Below, piece after piece: positions 34,797-44,343 of a stretch of 64,000 nucleotides of DNA (positions are counted from its first letter, which is position 1; the number at the start of each line of letters is the position of its first letter). Where the stretch lies: positions 1,602-65,601 of the forward strand of contig CADFJN010000012.1 of assembly GCA_902834555.1 (NCBI GenBank). Direction: 5' to 3'. The notes beneath the pieces were generated by a model. That model did no database searches, was not told the origin of the DNA, and saw only the letters and a program-made list of their open reading frames with translations. This stretch comes from Atopobiaceae bacterium. GTDB lineage: Bacteria > Actinomycetota > Coriobacteriia > Coriobacteriales > Atopobiaceae. The translations under genes were made by a program, and so were the position numbers.

Positions 34797-35729
34797 CTAT
34801 GCCGTGGCTTCGGCCCAGTGTGCGGCTACGCAGGACTGCGGCGCGGGCACAAAGCCCTCAAAGATCACCGGCGCGCCCTCCGCCTCGGAGGCCAGCATGT
34901 CTCGCTCGCTGCGAATGGTCCACGTGACCAGCTTGCCGCCGAGAGCCCCGCACACCAGGCGCACCGCGGGCTGCTCGCGGTCGTCGAAGCGGTACGCAAT
35001 GAAGTCCGGCTTGGTGGCCACGTTGCCGAGAAGCGCGGTAGCCCCCACGCGCAGCGGCAGCGGCAGCGCCTTTGCGCTTGCACCGGCGTCCTCCGCGAGA
35101 AAGTCCATCGAGAGCTGCCCGCGGATGACCTCGGGGCGGTTGCGACGCAGCCACACCAGCACGGCGGGGTCGAAGCTCTCGATGCAGTAGCGCACGTCGA
35201 AGGTGTCCAGGCACTCCATGACGCGGCTGGTGAGGAGGTCAGCATTCTCGCAGTAGGTCTTGACCTCAATGATGAGCGGTGCAGGCATGGGGCCTTCGCC
35301 GTCCCACTCAAAGATGCGCAGGGCCTCGCCAAGCGTGGGAATACCCTGGTCGGTCCCATTGAGGCGGTACTCCTCGAGCTGCGGGCGCGTAAGCTCCTCG
35401 ACGATGCCCTCCTTGCCCGTCACGCGCTTGAGGTCGGAGTCATGGATGACAACCAGGCGATCGTCCGCGGTGAGGTGCACGTCAAGCTCCACGCCAAAGC
35501 CGTACTCGCGGGCGCGCCTAAAGGCGGCGAGCGAGTTCTCGGGGGCGCCAAGGGAGTCGTCGTGGAGGCCGCGGTGTGCATAGCGGTAGTGCACAAACTC
35601 GTTCCAGCGCTCGTCGACCGTCTTGTTGCCCGTGCGAGGCGCCATGCCATATACGGCTGCAGCCCCAAGGCCTGCGGCGATGCCGGCAGCGAAGAGCGCC
35701 GGGTGCTTGCGAATCATGCAGTTTGCCAT
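34797..35729 (-). CDS. Glycerophosphodiester phosphodiesterase (GDPD family), N-terminal TM anchor
   Basis: GGAGG RBS precedes ATG 35729. YAHRGLHDDSLGAPENSLAAFRRAREYGFGVELDVHLTADDRLVVIHD. Confidence 0.85.
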   Translation of the reverse strand: MANCMIRKHPALFAAGIAAGLGAAAVYGMAPRTGNKTVDERWNEFVHYRYAHRGLHDDSLGAPENSLAAFRRAREYGFGVELDVHLTADDRLVVIHDSDLKRVTGKEGIVEELTRPQLEEYRLNGTDQGIPTLGEALRIFEWDGEGPMPAPLIIEVKTYCENADLLTSRVMECLDTFDVRYCIESFDPAVLVWLRRNRPEVIRGQLSMDFLAEDAGASAKALPLPLRVGATALLGNVATKPDFIAYRFDDREQPAVRLVCGALGGKLVTWTIRSERDMLASEAEGAPVIFEGFVPAPQSCVAAHWAEATA

Positions 35730-35784
35730 CGACAATCCTCCATCCAGGCGTCGACAACACCAGGCACGCCAAACCGGCGGCGCG

Positions 35785-37116
35785 CTAGTCGACGTCGAAC
35801 GACTCGAGCCCTCTCTTCTCGACCAATTTCGAGTCTCCGTGGTGCACGAACAGCATTGTAACGAAGCTTGCCGCAACAAACACCGTGGCGTAGATGAAGA
35901 GTGACCGGTAGCTCACGTTGTGCATGAGCCAACCCGCAGCGATAGGCGTGACAGTCTGCGCGGCCATCGAGAAGGTGTAGTAGAGCCCCGTGAACTTGCC
36001 TGTGTCGGAGCCCTTGCACATCTCGACCACCATGGGCAGCGAGTTCACGTTGATGCCAGCCCAGCCCATGCCCAGGACGATCATCACCACGTAGAGCGCG
36101 GGCGAGAAGCCCATGCCGGCAAAGGTCCAAGCGGCGCAAAACGCAAAGCCGCCGCCGAGAAGCACGATGCCGCCCTGGATGGTGCGCTTGCGCCCCACAC
36201 GGCTGGCGATGGCCCCCACGGGAATGTACGAGACGATGGCACCAACGTTGGCCACAATGAGGCAGCGGCTGGCCTCGCCAAGCGCCATGCCCCACTCCGC
36301 CTGCGCGTACGTGGTAAACCAGGTCTCCATGGCGTTGTAGCCGATGAACCACAGGGCAATGGACGCAAGAAGGAAGCCCAGCGAGCGCCTGACCGGCGCA
36401 GGAAGCACCTCCTTGCCAGTGGCGGCGTCCTTCTCGACGAGGTTCTCCTCGGGGTGCTTAGCCTCGTAGGCCGCGACCTCGGCCTCGAGCTTGGGCTCCT
36501 TCACCGTGAGAAACACAACGGCCACCGAGACCACCATGATGGCAGCCACTATCACAAACAGCGGCAGGTAGTCCACGTGGTCGAGGCCGGCAATGCGCCC
36601 CTTGTTGTAAAGCACAGCGGCAATGCCCAGGTAGATGATGCCGCCCACGGCACCCATGAGGTTGATGATCGCGTTTGCGGGCGAGCGCAGCGGCTTGGGC
36701 GTGCAGTCTGGCATAAGCGCCACGGCAGGGCTGCGGTAGGTGCCCATTGCAACAAGCACAAAGAGCAGAACGCCAATGAACGCGGCGAGAAGGGCACCCG
36801 AGCCGTCCGCATAGTACGCGTTGTCGATGATGGGCAGGAAGATCATGCCCACCACGGCAAGCGCCGTTCCCACGAGGATGAAGGGCATGCGACGGCCCAG
36901 GCGGCTGTGGCAGCGGTCCGAGAGCGAGCCAAAGAACGGCAGGAGGAAGAGGGCAAGGACGTTGTCGGCAGCCATGATCATGCCCGAGAAGGTCTCGTCT
37001 AGGTGGAACGTGTTCGTGAGCATGAGCGGAATCACGCTGTTGTACATCTGCCAGAACGCACAGATGGAGAAGAACGCAAAGCCGATAAGGACGGTCCTGC
37101 GCACATTGAGTTTCAC
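35785..37116 (-). CDS. MFS transporter (sugar/GPH-like, SLC45-type signature region)
   Basis: 12 TM. GSLSDRCHSRLGRRMPF loop motif. It lies immediately upstream of the GDPD gene on the same strand. Confidence 0.8.
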   Translation of the reverse strand: MKLNVRRTVLIGFAFFSICAFWQMYNSVIPLMLTNTFHLDETFSGMIMAADNVLALFLLPFFGSLSDRCHSRLGRRMPFILVGTALAVVGMIFLPIIDNAYYADGSGALLAAFIGVLLFVLVAMGTYRSPAVALMPDCTPKPLRSPANAIINLMGAVGGIIYLGIAAVLYNKGRIAGLDHVDYLPLFVIVAAIMVVSVAVVFLTVKEPKLEAEVAAYEAKHPEENLVEKDAATGKEVLPAPVRRSLGFLLASIALWFIGYNAMETWFTTYAQAEWGMALGEASRCLIVANVGAIVSYIPVGAIASRVGRKRTIQGGIVLLGGGFAFCAAWTFAGMGFSPALYVVMIVLGMGWAGINVNSLPMVVEMCKGSDTGKFTGLYYTFSMAAQTVTPIAAGWLMHNVSYRSLFIYATVFVAASFVTMLFVHHGDSKLVEKRGLESFDVD

Positions 37117-37232
37117 GGGTTCCTCCTAACGCCGGGGTTGCCGCACATCTTTGATGCTAGCTGGCGAGAGGGGCGGCGGGGACGTCGGCCGCCGGCGGTC
37201 TGGCAGGCGGTGCGGAGCGAGGCAGCGGCGCA

Positions 37233-37325
37233 CTTCTCGGCCGGCGGCGCGGTTCTCGCCCGTCGGCGCCCTTCTCGTCCGGCGGCTCCCCTCTCGCCCG
37301 GCGGCGCCCTTCTCGGCCGTCGCAG
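37233..37325. repeat. About 19-bp tandem repeat x about 5 ([CT]TCTCG[GCT]CC[GC][GT]CGGCG[CG]..)
   Basis: cttctcggccggcggcgcgg ttctcgcccgtcggcgccc ttctcgtccggcggctccc ctctcgcccggcggcgccc ttctcggccgtcgc, in the divergent MFS/DUF3825 spacer. Confidence 0.8.
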
Positions 37326-37564
37326 GAAGGGCATTATTGTCGCCATTTGCGACATAACGTGCGCTCCGGCGACAAAATGTCGCCGGAAGCGGCCAAATGG
37401 TGCACAGTGCATCAAATTGCGCGCTCCGGCGACAAGCAACCACCCTCGTTGGCGCTGGCTCCATCCGCGCCGAATCCGCCACGCGCCGACACCCGCGGGT
37501 GATACTGTAGAAGCTTGCAAACTCAGCCCCGTCTCCAGGGACTCTTGAAGGAAGGCCACAAACG

Positions 37565-39685
37565 ATGCCCAGAATCACACCAGGAAACAGGCTTTACCTG
37601 TACAAGCTTCTCTCGTCCACCCTTGGCACCAACCGCCAGGCACTGCTCTCGCGCGTTGAGGAGGTGCTGCTAGAGGACGGCATCGAGCCGCAGGACCTTG
37701 GGAAAGACGACGTCCAATCTCTTATGGAGGCGCTCTCCGAGTTCGTTCGGCTCACCGTCTTCAAGAAGGGGCGCGTCTACGCGACGGTCGTTCCCAACGA
37801 GGAGTACGACGGCTACCTCGAGCGAGCAGGGCAGTCTGGCTCTGGCAGCACGGGCGAGAAGGGCGGAAAGAGCAAGCCATGGAAGCGTCGCAAGGGCTCA
37901 CATGACCCCAAGCCGACAAAGCCACGCCACGTCGAGAAGGCCGAGGCCAAGCCGGAGCCCGTACCGGAACCGGAAGCTGCGGCCGAGCCAGAGCCGGCAT
38001 CCGCGCCGGAGCCGGAGCCTGAAAACGTAACCGTGCCGGAGCCCGAACCGGCGCCAGCACCTGCGCCGGCACCGCAGCCCTCCCTAGCCGACGAGACCCC
38101 CAAAGAGCCAAACGAGCCGCAGGTAGAAGCCACTAGAGCCGAGACCCGCGAGCAACCGGAGCCCGAGACGCCCAACGACTCTGGCATCAACCTCACCATT
38201 ACATATGACCCCTACGAGGACATGGAGGCGGACCTCGCGGCAGCTGCCCAGGCACAGCCCGAGTCTCCGGCACCCGCCACGTCGCAAGCTGCAGCACCGG
38301 CCCCCGCACCGGCCCCCATACCGGTAGCCGCCCCTGCACCCGCCCCAGCCACGCAGCCCCTCCCCCACCAGAACCTCCCCGAGCTCTTCTCGGCAGAGGT
38401 CCACTGCAAGGACGAGCTTCTCCGCGTGCTCTACCAGAAGCTCCCCATCGACGCCGACGTCACCCGCACGCTCGACGAGGACTGGCGCGTGGCCCGCTCG
38501 ACCGGGACCCTCTCGGGCACAAGGAGCCGCGTCACGTTCCCGCTCCGCTACCTCCACGAGGATGGCTCCGGCCCGGTGGAGGTCACAATCCGCCGCACGT
38601 CACGCCCCTTGTCCGGCAAGCAGTGGAGCCTCGCGTTGGTAGATGGTGACGACGGTACCGGCATGGTCCACGAGCAGGTTGGCCTAGAGGGCCTTCCTGC
38701 GGCAGACGAGGGCGCGTGGAGCGACCTCTCTGGTGCGTCGCTGCAGGGCGTGGGCACTTCCACCGTAAGCCCACTTCGCGAGTTCGCACAGTTCGCGGTC
38801 ATCGGCTCCTGGGAGCGCACGCTTGGGACGCTTGCCACCATGGCAGCGCCGGAGCACTGGAACTTCCCCGGCGAGGGCGTGGGCGGTCCCTCTCGCTATG
38901 GCATCCTGCGCGAGTACCTCACTGTGACCTTCCATCGTGCCGTTGAGCAGGGACGCATTGTCACGGCAACGGACAGCTCACTCGCTGCTTTTAACACGGG
39001 GCTGCTCACCCCCTTTGGCGAGGACGTCTACGCAGTCTTCTCGCCCAACGCCGGCGACATACCCTGGAAGCTCGACGGCTTTGCCACCGCGGGCTCGGGG
39101 GAGTTGGGCGCCCGCCTTGCGGCAACGCTTCCCGAGCTGCCGCAGCCGGCCAGCTACCTCGAGCGCGTCGAGGACGTTGTCTGCCAGCCGGGACACATGC
39201 TCATCCTTGACACCGAAGCGCTTCTGGGCGAGAAGGTCGGCCGCCTGCCGCGCGCCTTTCTCGCCGATCAGCTGGCCGGAAGCCCCGAGGCATCGCGCCT
39301 GCTGCGAGACGCCATGGACGACGGCAACGGCCGGCTGGGGCGCACCGCCTGTCGGGAGCTGGCGCGCGCCATCAAGGCAGACCCCAGCCTCTACCGCCGC
39401 ATGGCCCGCGCTCTTCAGGATGCCACGACCCTCTCGCTGCGCCTTGCACAGGCAAGCTACCGCATGGCAGCGCCGGCGTTTGATCCCGCCACTGGTACCA
39501 TGCGGCTCCTACTGCCGCTCTGCCTGGTAGACGATGGCGTGGCCGACTGCGCCATGTCGCTTGAGCTCATGCCGTCCGGTGCGTACCGTGGAGCGGCGAT
39601 CCTCTCGCTGCCGCGCGCTTATGCCTGCGCGCGCGTGGTGAGCCGAGACCAGCCCGCATGGCTCTCGCCGGAAATCGTCCTGTAG
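37565..39685 (+). CDS. Large hypothetical protein: N-terminal OST-HTH/LOTUS-like module, Pro/Glu/Ala-rich linker, C-terminal DUF3825-like domain
   Basis: 706 aa. Linker EPEPAPAPAPAPQP...PAPAPAPIPVAAPAPAP. The C-terminal half has AAFNTGLLTPFGEDVYAVFSPN and LLLPLCLVDD, which I associate with DUF3825. Confidence 0.7.
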   Translation: MPRITPGNRLYLYKLLSSTLGTNRQALLSRVEEVLLEDGIEPQDLGKDDVQSLMEALSEFVRLTVFKKGRVYATVVPNEEYDGYLERAGQSGSGSTGEKGGKSKPWKRRKGSHDPKPTKPRHVEKAEAKPEPVPEPEAAAEPEPASAPEPEPENVTVPEPEPAPAPAPAPQPSLADETPKEPNEPQVEATRAETREQPEPETPNDSGINLTITYDPYEDMEADLAAAAQAQPESPAPATSQAAAPAPAPAPIPVAAPAPAPATQPLPHQNLPELFSAEVHCKDELLRVLYQKLPIDADVTRTLDEDWRVARSTGTLSGTRSRVTFPLRYLHEDGSGPVEVTIRRTSRPLSGKQWSLALVDGDDGTGMVHEQVGLEGLPAADEGAWSDLSGASLQGVGTSTVSPLREFAQFAVIGSWERTLGTLATMAAPEHWNFPGEGVGGPSRYGILREYLTVTFHRAVEQGRIVTATDSSLAAFNTGLLTPFGEDVYAVFSPNAGDIPWKLDGFATAGSGELGARLAATLPELPQPASYLERVEDVVCQPGHMLILDTEALLGEKVGRLPRAFLADQLAGSPEASRLLRDAMDDGNGRLGRTACRELARAIKADPSLYRRMARALQDATTLSLRLAQASYRMAAPAFDPATGTMRLLLPLCLVDDGVADCAMSLELMPSGAYRGAAILSLPRAYACARVVSRDQPAWLSPEIVL

Positions 39686-39753
39686 CCTTGCTCGGGTAGA
39701 CTGGAATCACAAAGGCAACGAAGGGCCGCAACTAGACCGCGCTGGAGGCATGC

Positions 39754-40962
39754 ATGTCGAAGATCGAAATGAAGACCCCGCTCGTCGAGATGGACGGCGA
39801 CGAGATGACCCGCATCATCTGGCAGATCATTAAGGACGAGCTTGTCTGCCCGTACGTCGATCTTAAGACCGAGTACTACGACCTGGGCCTTAAGCACCGA
39901 GACGAGACGGGCGACCAGGTGACCATCGACTCCGCCGAGGCCACCAAGCGCCTGGGCGTGGCCGTAAAGTGCGCGACCATCACCCCCAACGCGCAGCGCG
40001 TCGAGGAGTACCACCTGCACCAGATGTGGAAGAGCCCCAACGGCACCATCCGTTCGATGCTCGACGGCACCATCTTCCGCGCACCCATCGTGGTCAAGGG
40101 TATCGAGCCTGTGGTGAAGTGCTGGAAGCGCCCCATCACCATTGCGCGTCACGGCTATGGCGATGTGTACAAGAACGTCGAGTACCGCGTACCTGGAGCC
40201 GGCAAGGCTGAGCTGGTCTTCACCGACGCGGAGGGCCACGAGGAGCGTCGCCTGATTCACGACTTTGATCAGCCAGGCGTGATCCAAGGCATGCACAACG
40301 TGGACTCCTCCATCGAGGGGTTCGCGCGCAGCTGCTTCGAGTACGCGCTCTCCACCCACCAGGACCTGTGGTTCGCCTCGAAGGACACCATCTCAAAGAT
40401 CTACGACCACCGCTTCAAGGACATCTTCGCCGACATGTACGAGAACGAGTACCGCGAGCGCTTTGAGGCAGCGGGCATCACGTACTTCTACACCCTCATC
40501 GATGACGCGGTGGCGCGCATCATGAAGAGCGAGGGCGGCTTCATCTGGGCATGCAAGAACTACGACGGCGACGTGATGAGCGACATGCTCTCCTCGGCAT
40601 TTGGATCGCTTGCCATGATGACCTCAGTGCTGGTGTCGCCCCACGGCCAGTACGAGTACGAGGCGGCACACGGCACCGTTCAGCGCCACTACTACAAGTA
40701 CCTGCGCGGGGAGGAGACCTCGACCAACTCGGTGGCCACGATCTTTGCGTGGACCGGGGCACTCGCCAAGCGCGGCGAGCTGGACGGCACGCCGGAGCTT
40801 GTGGACTTTGCCAAGCGCCTGGAGCACGCGACCGTCAAGACCATCGAGGACGGCCGCATGACGGGCGACCTTGCGCGCATCACCACGCTAGAGAACCCCA
40901 CCAAGCTCAACACGCGTGACTTCATCCTCGCCATTCGCAACGAGCTTGAGGCTGGCGCTTAG
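39754..40962 (+). CDS. icd: NADP-dependent isocitrate dehydrogenase (homodimeric, eukaryote-like subfamily)
   Basis: [31 protein letters not shown]...KCATITPN...SMLDGTIFR...NYDGDVMSD. 402 aa. Confidence 0.9.
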   Translation: MSKIEMKTPLVEMDGDEMTRIIWQIIKDELVCPYVDLKTEYYDLGLKHRDETGDQVTIDSAEATKRLGVAVKCATITPNAQRVEEYHLHQMWKSPNGTIRSMLDGTIFRAPIVVKGIEPVVKCWKRPITIARHGYGDVYKNVEYRVPGAGKAELVFTDAEGHEERRLIHDFDQPGVIQGMHNVDSSIEGFARSCFEYALSTHQDLWFASKDTISKIYDHRFKDIFADMYENEYRERFEAAGITYFYTLIDDAVARIMKSEGGFIWACKNYDGDVMSDMLSSAFGSLAMMTSVLVSPHGQYEYEAAHGTVQRHYYKYLRGEETSTNSVATIFAWTGALAKRGELDGTPELVDFAKRLEHATVKTIEDGRMTGDLARITTLENPTKLNTRDFILAIRNELEAGA

Positions 40963-40987
40963 AGCCGTTGCATCGAAGCAAGGCACA

Positions 40988-41025
40988 GGGAGCGAGGCCA
41001 TGGCCTCGCTCCCCTATTTCTCTTT
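40988..41025 (+). terminator. Rho-independent terminator of icd
   Basis: GGGAGCGAGGCCATGGCCTCGCTCCC followed by CTATTTCTCTTT. Confidence 0.7.
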
Positions 41026-41161
41026 GGGAATTCTCCAAGCCCTGCATGCATGCCTTGGCACCATTTCACAGTTGGGATGCGGTTTTTCGGGGGTGCCCCA
41101 ACCGTGAATTCACGCCAAAACCTGGGGCAGGAACGACTCAGCAGCTGCCTCTTGAGGCCGC

Positions 41162-41992
41162 CTATCGCAGCTCGAGGTCCACGAGGGCTTCGGCAACGTC
41201 ATCCACCAGTACATCGGCGCACTCACGCACCGCCTCGGCCGCACGGTTAAAGGTGTAGGCGACATCCGCCTCGTCAAGAAGCGGCAGATCGTTGAAGGAG
41301 TCGCCAATGCCGCCAACCATGCCTAGTCCCAAACGCTCGCGTGCAATGGCAAGCCCGGCACCCTTGGAACATCCCGCAGGCACTACGTCCACAGAGTCGA
41401 GGTTCTGAAAAGCAGAAACCCTGCCCCCAAGCAACTCCCCCGCTCCGGCCACAAAACGAGCAGCGCGTTCCTGGGTACCAAACCCCAGAGAGACAACCTG
41501 CACTCCCGTGCCGTCACCGCCACGCGCCATCGTCAAAGCGTCATCAACCGAGCTCACAACCTTAAGCCGTTTGAGAAACGCCTTCGGAAGCCCGGGGATG
41601 TTTTCCCCGCCCAGCACCAGATAACCAGACCCCATCGCGATAAACGGCGGACGCGAGGTCTGTCCATACGTCGCATCCAGAAGCGCACGCACATCGTCAT
41701 CGGGAACCTCGCGCGAGAACAACGCGTTCCCCGCGCCGTCGCTTACGCAAGCTCCGCTGCTCGTAATCGCAAAATCGAAGCTCAGGTCGCCGCCCGCATC
41801 CGCGAGCACAGCGCCAAGCGGCCTGCCAGTGCAAACGCCAAAGAGACCGCCCCGCGCCCTAAACTCCTCGATTGCCCTAAGGTCACGCGGAAGGAACCGG
41901 TGCAGCGGGTGCATGCGGCCGCCAATGCCAAAGAAGAGCGTCCCGTCAAAGTCGCTCGCCATCGCTCTTCCCTCAAAGCTAGCACCCGCCAT
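41162..41992 (-). CDS. HAD-superfamily (Cof-type) phosphatase
   Basis: SDFDGTLFF (DxD motif I) and GIGDSFNDLPLL (motif IV). Confidence 0.75.
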   Translation of the reverse strand: MAGASFEGRAMASDFDGTLFFGIGGRMHPLHRFLPRDLRAIEEFRARGGLFGVCTGRPLGAVLADAGGDLSFDFAITSSGACVSDGAGNALFSREVPDDDVRALLDATYGQTSRPPFIAMGSGYLVLGGENIPGLPKAFLKRLKVVSSVDDALTMARGGDGTGVQVVSLGFGTQERAARFVAGAGELLGGRVSAFQNLDSVDVVPAGCSKGAGLAIARERLGLGMVGGIGDSFNDLPLLDEADVAYTFNRAAEAVRECADVLVDDVAEALVDLELR

Positions 41993-42134
41993 CAGCAGCT
42001 CCCCTCAATAGCGCAACCACGCCATCATACCGCGACCAGCTCAAACACTATTGAGGAGCAAAGGCGCCGCCGCTCATCTCAAGCGACGGCGTCCCTTGTT
42101 CCAAATCACGCAAACCTGGCTTTGGAGGTCTTCG

Positions 42135-44240
42135 CTACTCCTCTGCCTTGCGTTGCTTCCAGGCCTCCTCGTTGCGCCAATCGTTCCCGTCGAGATGCCA
42201 GTTGTTGAAGTCGGAGACGTCCCCAACTATCTGATACTCAAGCAGGTCATAGTCACGCTTGCCGTCGTGCGTAAGCATACAGTAGGTTCGCAGGCGATCC
42301 GCGGGGTCATGTCGGTCCTCAAGCGCCACGTTGAACTCTCCGTAGTGGTCGAGAACGTCCTGCGAGGCACCCATACCCTTGAGCATGGTAGCCTGGAGGT
42401 CCTTGTGGCTGGCCGGCTCCTGGGAGATGGCACAAGGCGCCGCATCAGCCATCGCGTCCTGCGCGGGCTTCACAAAGATGATAGGCGACGTGGGCTCAGT
42501 GAGGGGCTCGTCCGTGAGGTACCACTCGCCATGGTCCGCGGTCACGATGATCGTGGACTGGTCGTAAACCCCAAGCTCCTTGAGCTGCCGCAGGTACTCG
42601 GAGAGGATGTGGAACGTACCGAGCGTCTGGTCCTCCAGGCTCGTGCCCTCCTCGTTGAGGTTGCCCTGCGCGTCCATTGTGTAGGGGGTATGTGTCCCCA
42701 CAAGGTGAATGAAGCGGAACGAGGCGTCCTCGCTGTTGATGGAGAGACCTCGCTCCTTCAGCTTCTGGTAGTATGCCGGGTCATTCATGACATAGGGAGT
42801 GCTTGAGGGGTCATTCTCGGCGTCACTTGAGAACATGGCGTTGTTTATTTGGTCCGTGTAATACCAGAAGAACGGCTTAAGCACCCATGGCATGTCGCGA
42901 TAGAGCGAGCACTGGTAGAGGATCTTGAGGGTACTTTGCTTGTCGAGCGCCCTCGAAGCATCAAGGGGATGCACGTTAATGGTGCGTGTTTTCGCATAAT
43001 CAAGGCTAAATGAGTCAGTATAAATGCCCATCGTGTAGCCCTGGGCAGACACATCATCTAGGAATGTGCTACCCGAGTAGAAACGGCCAAAAAAGTCGTC
43101 CCAAGCCTCCCCTGCCCTTGGATAAGAGCCCGTGAGCAGGAACGGAATCCCATATCGAGTTGGAATCATCGAGCCGGTGCTGTTCTGGTACCACGTGAAG
43201 CCCGTGAACTCGTCGAGCATCTCGGGGTAATTGTCGTAGACGGCCTTGGTTTTGAGTGAGTCAACGGTATCAACGACAAGCACAATAACATTCTTGTTCT
43301 TCGACACGTCAAACATGCCCTGCTCGGTGGTGTAAATCCTCTGGGTCTGGATGCTCGAGCCGTCCGGGGGCGAGACCCACAGGCTCACCACGCCCACCAG
43401 CTGGACAACCACGAGAACAACGCTCGCCACTGCCGCAACCGCCCTACCGGCCTTCTCACGCATAACAGCAAGGGTCACCAGAGTGGCGGCAATAACGCCC
43501 CAGATGAGCAAGTTCCCAACCATTTCCCTGGTGTACTTGCTCCAGTCGATGAGGTTGCCGTCGGCAACCGTAAGGTTGCCATTGAGAAAGAGCGTCTGCA
43601 CGTAGGACCCAATGCCAACGGCAAGGGCCAGAGCGAGAAGCACGTCAAACGCCCGCCCGCGGAACGCAGAGAGGATAAGGCCACAGACAACGCCAACGAG
43701 AAGCCCCGCCACGAGGATGAGCTGCCACATGCTGTCCAGGCCAAAGACGAGCGATGCGGAGTTAGCAGCAACGAGCTCGTAGGGAGCCACGACGAGAATC
43801 GTAAACGCATCGAACACGCAGGCGAGAAGCGCAAGCACGATGCGGCGGCGCCACGGCAGGCCCGCCGGGCGGCCCGTGGCGGCCCCGCGCGCGTTGCCGC
43901 CCGCGGCTGCAAGCGCCTCTCGCGCCGCCGCGTCGGCCGCGGCCTTGCCGGAGGGGTCGACGCGGGAGACCGCGGGCTCGGCCACGCGGCCCGCCCCCTC
44001 GTCTACGTGCAGGATCCTCATGAGGGCCTTGCGCGTGCGCCTGAAGGCCACGCCCAGCACCGCCGAGAGCGCAACCGCCACGGCGGCCAGCGCCTGGATC
44101 GTGTAGGTCATGACCGAGGGGTCCACGTACGCGAGGGCCGGTGTGGCGGGCACAAGCACCCACACGGCAGTAAGGGCAAACGCGTAGAGCGCGTCGTGGA
44201 GCGCGAGCGCCGGCGCGAGCGCATTTCTCGTGCTTCTCAA
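42135..44240 (-). CDS. LtaS/sulfatase-family (alkaline-phosphatase superfamily) polytopic membrane protein, paralog 1
   Basis: TTG start 9 nt after AGGAGG. N-terminal multi-TM region. Extracytoplasmic domain with VIVLVVDTVDS, WYQNSTGSMIPTRYG and IIVTADHGEW. Confidence 0.8.
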   Translation of the reverse strand: MRSTRNALAPALALHDALYAFALTAVWVLVPATPALAYVDPSVMTYTIQALAAVAVALSAVLGVAFRRTRKALMRILHVDEGAGRVAEPAVSRVDPSGKAAADAAAREALAAAGGNARGAATGRPAGLPWRRRIVLALLACVFDAFTILVVAPYELVAANSASLVFGLDSMWQLILVAGLLVGVVCGLILSAFRGRAFDVLLALALAVGIGSYVQTLFLNGNLTVADGNLIDWSKYTREMVGNLLIWGVIAATLVTLAVMREKAGRAVAAVASVVLVVVQLVGVVSLWVSPPDGSSIQTQRIYTTEQGMFDVSKNKNVIVLVVDTVDSLKTKAVYDNYPEMLDEFTGFTWYQNSTGSMIPTRYGIPFLLTGSYPRAGEAWDDFFGRFYSGSTFLDDVSAQGYTMGIYTDSFSLDYAKTRTINVHPLDASRALDKQSTLKILYQCSLYRDMPWVLKPFFWYYTDQINNAMFSSDAENDPSSTPYVMNDPAYYQKLKERGLSINSEDASFRFIHLVGTHTPYTMDAQGNLNEEGTSLEDQTLGTFHILSEYLRQLKELGVYDQSTIIVTADHGEWYLTDEPLTEPTSPIIFVKPAQDAMADAAPCAISQEPASHKDLQATMLKGMGASQDVLDHYGEFNVALEDRHDPADRLRTYCMLTHDGKRDYDLLEYQIVGDVSDFNNWHLDGNDWRNEEAWKQRKAEE

Positions 44241-44343
44241 GTTCTCATTCCTCCTACGTTCCCACCGGCGTCAGCGCCAGATGCGCTTGGCGCAAGCCGC
44301 CGAGAAGTAGACGGTATCGGCTGGCATCTCTCGCGCATCCTGT

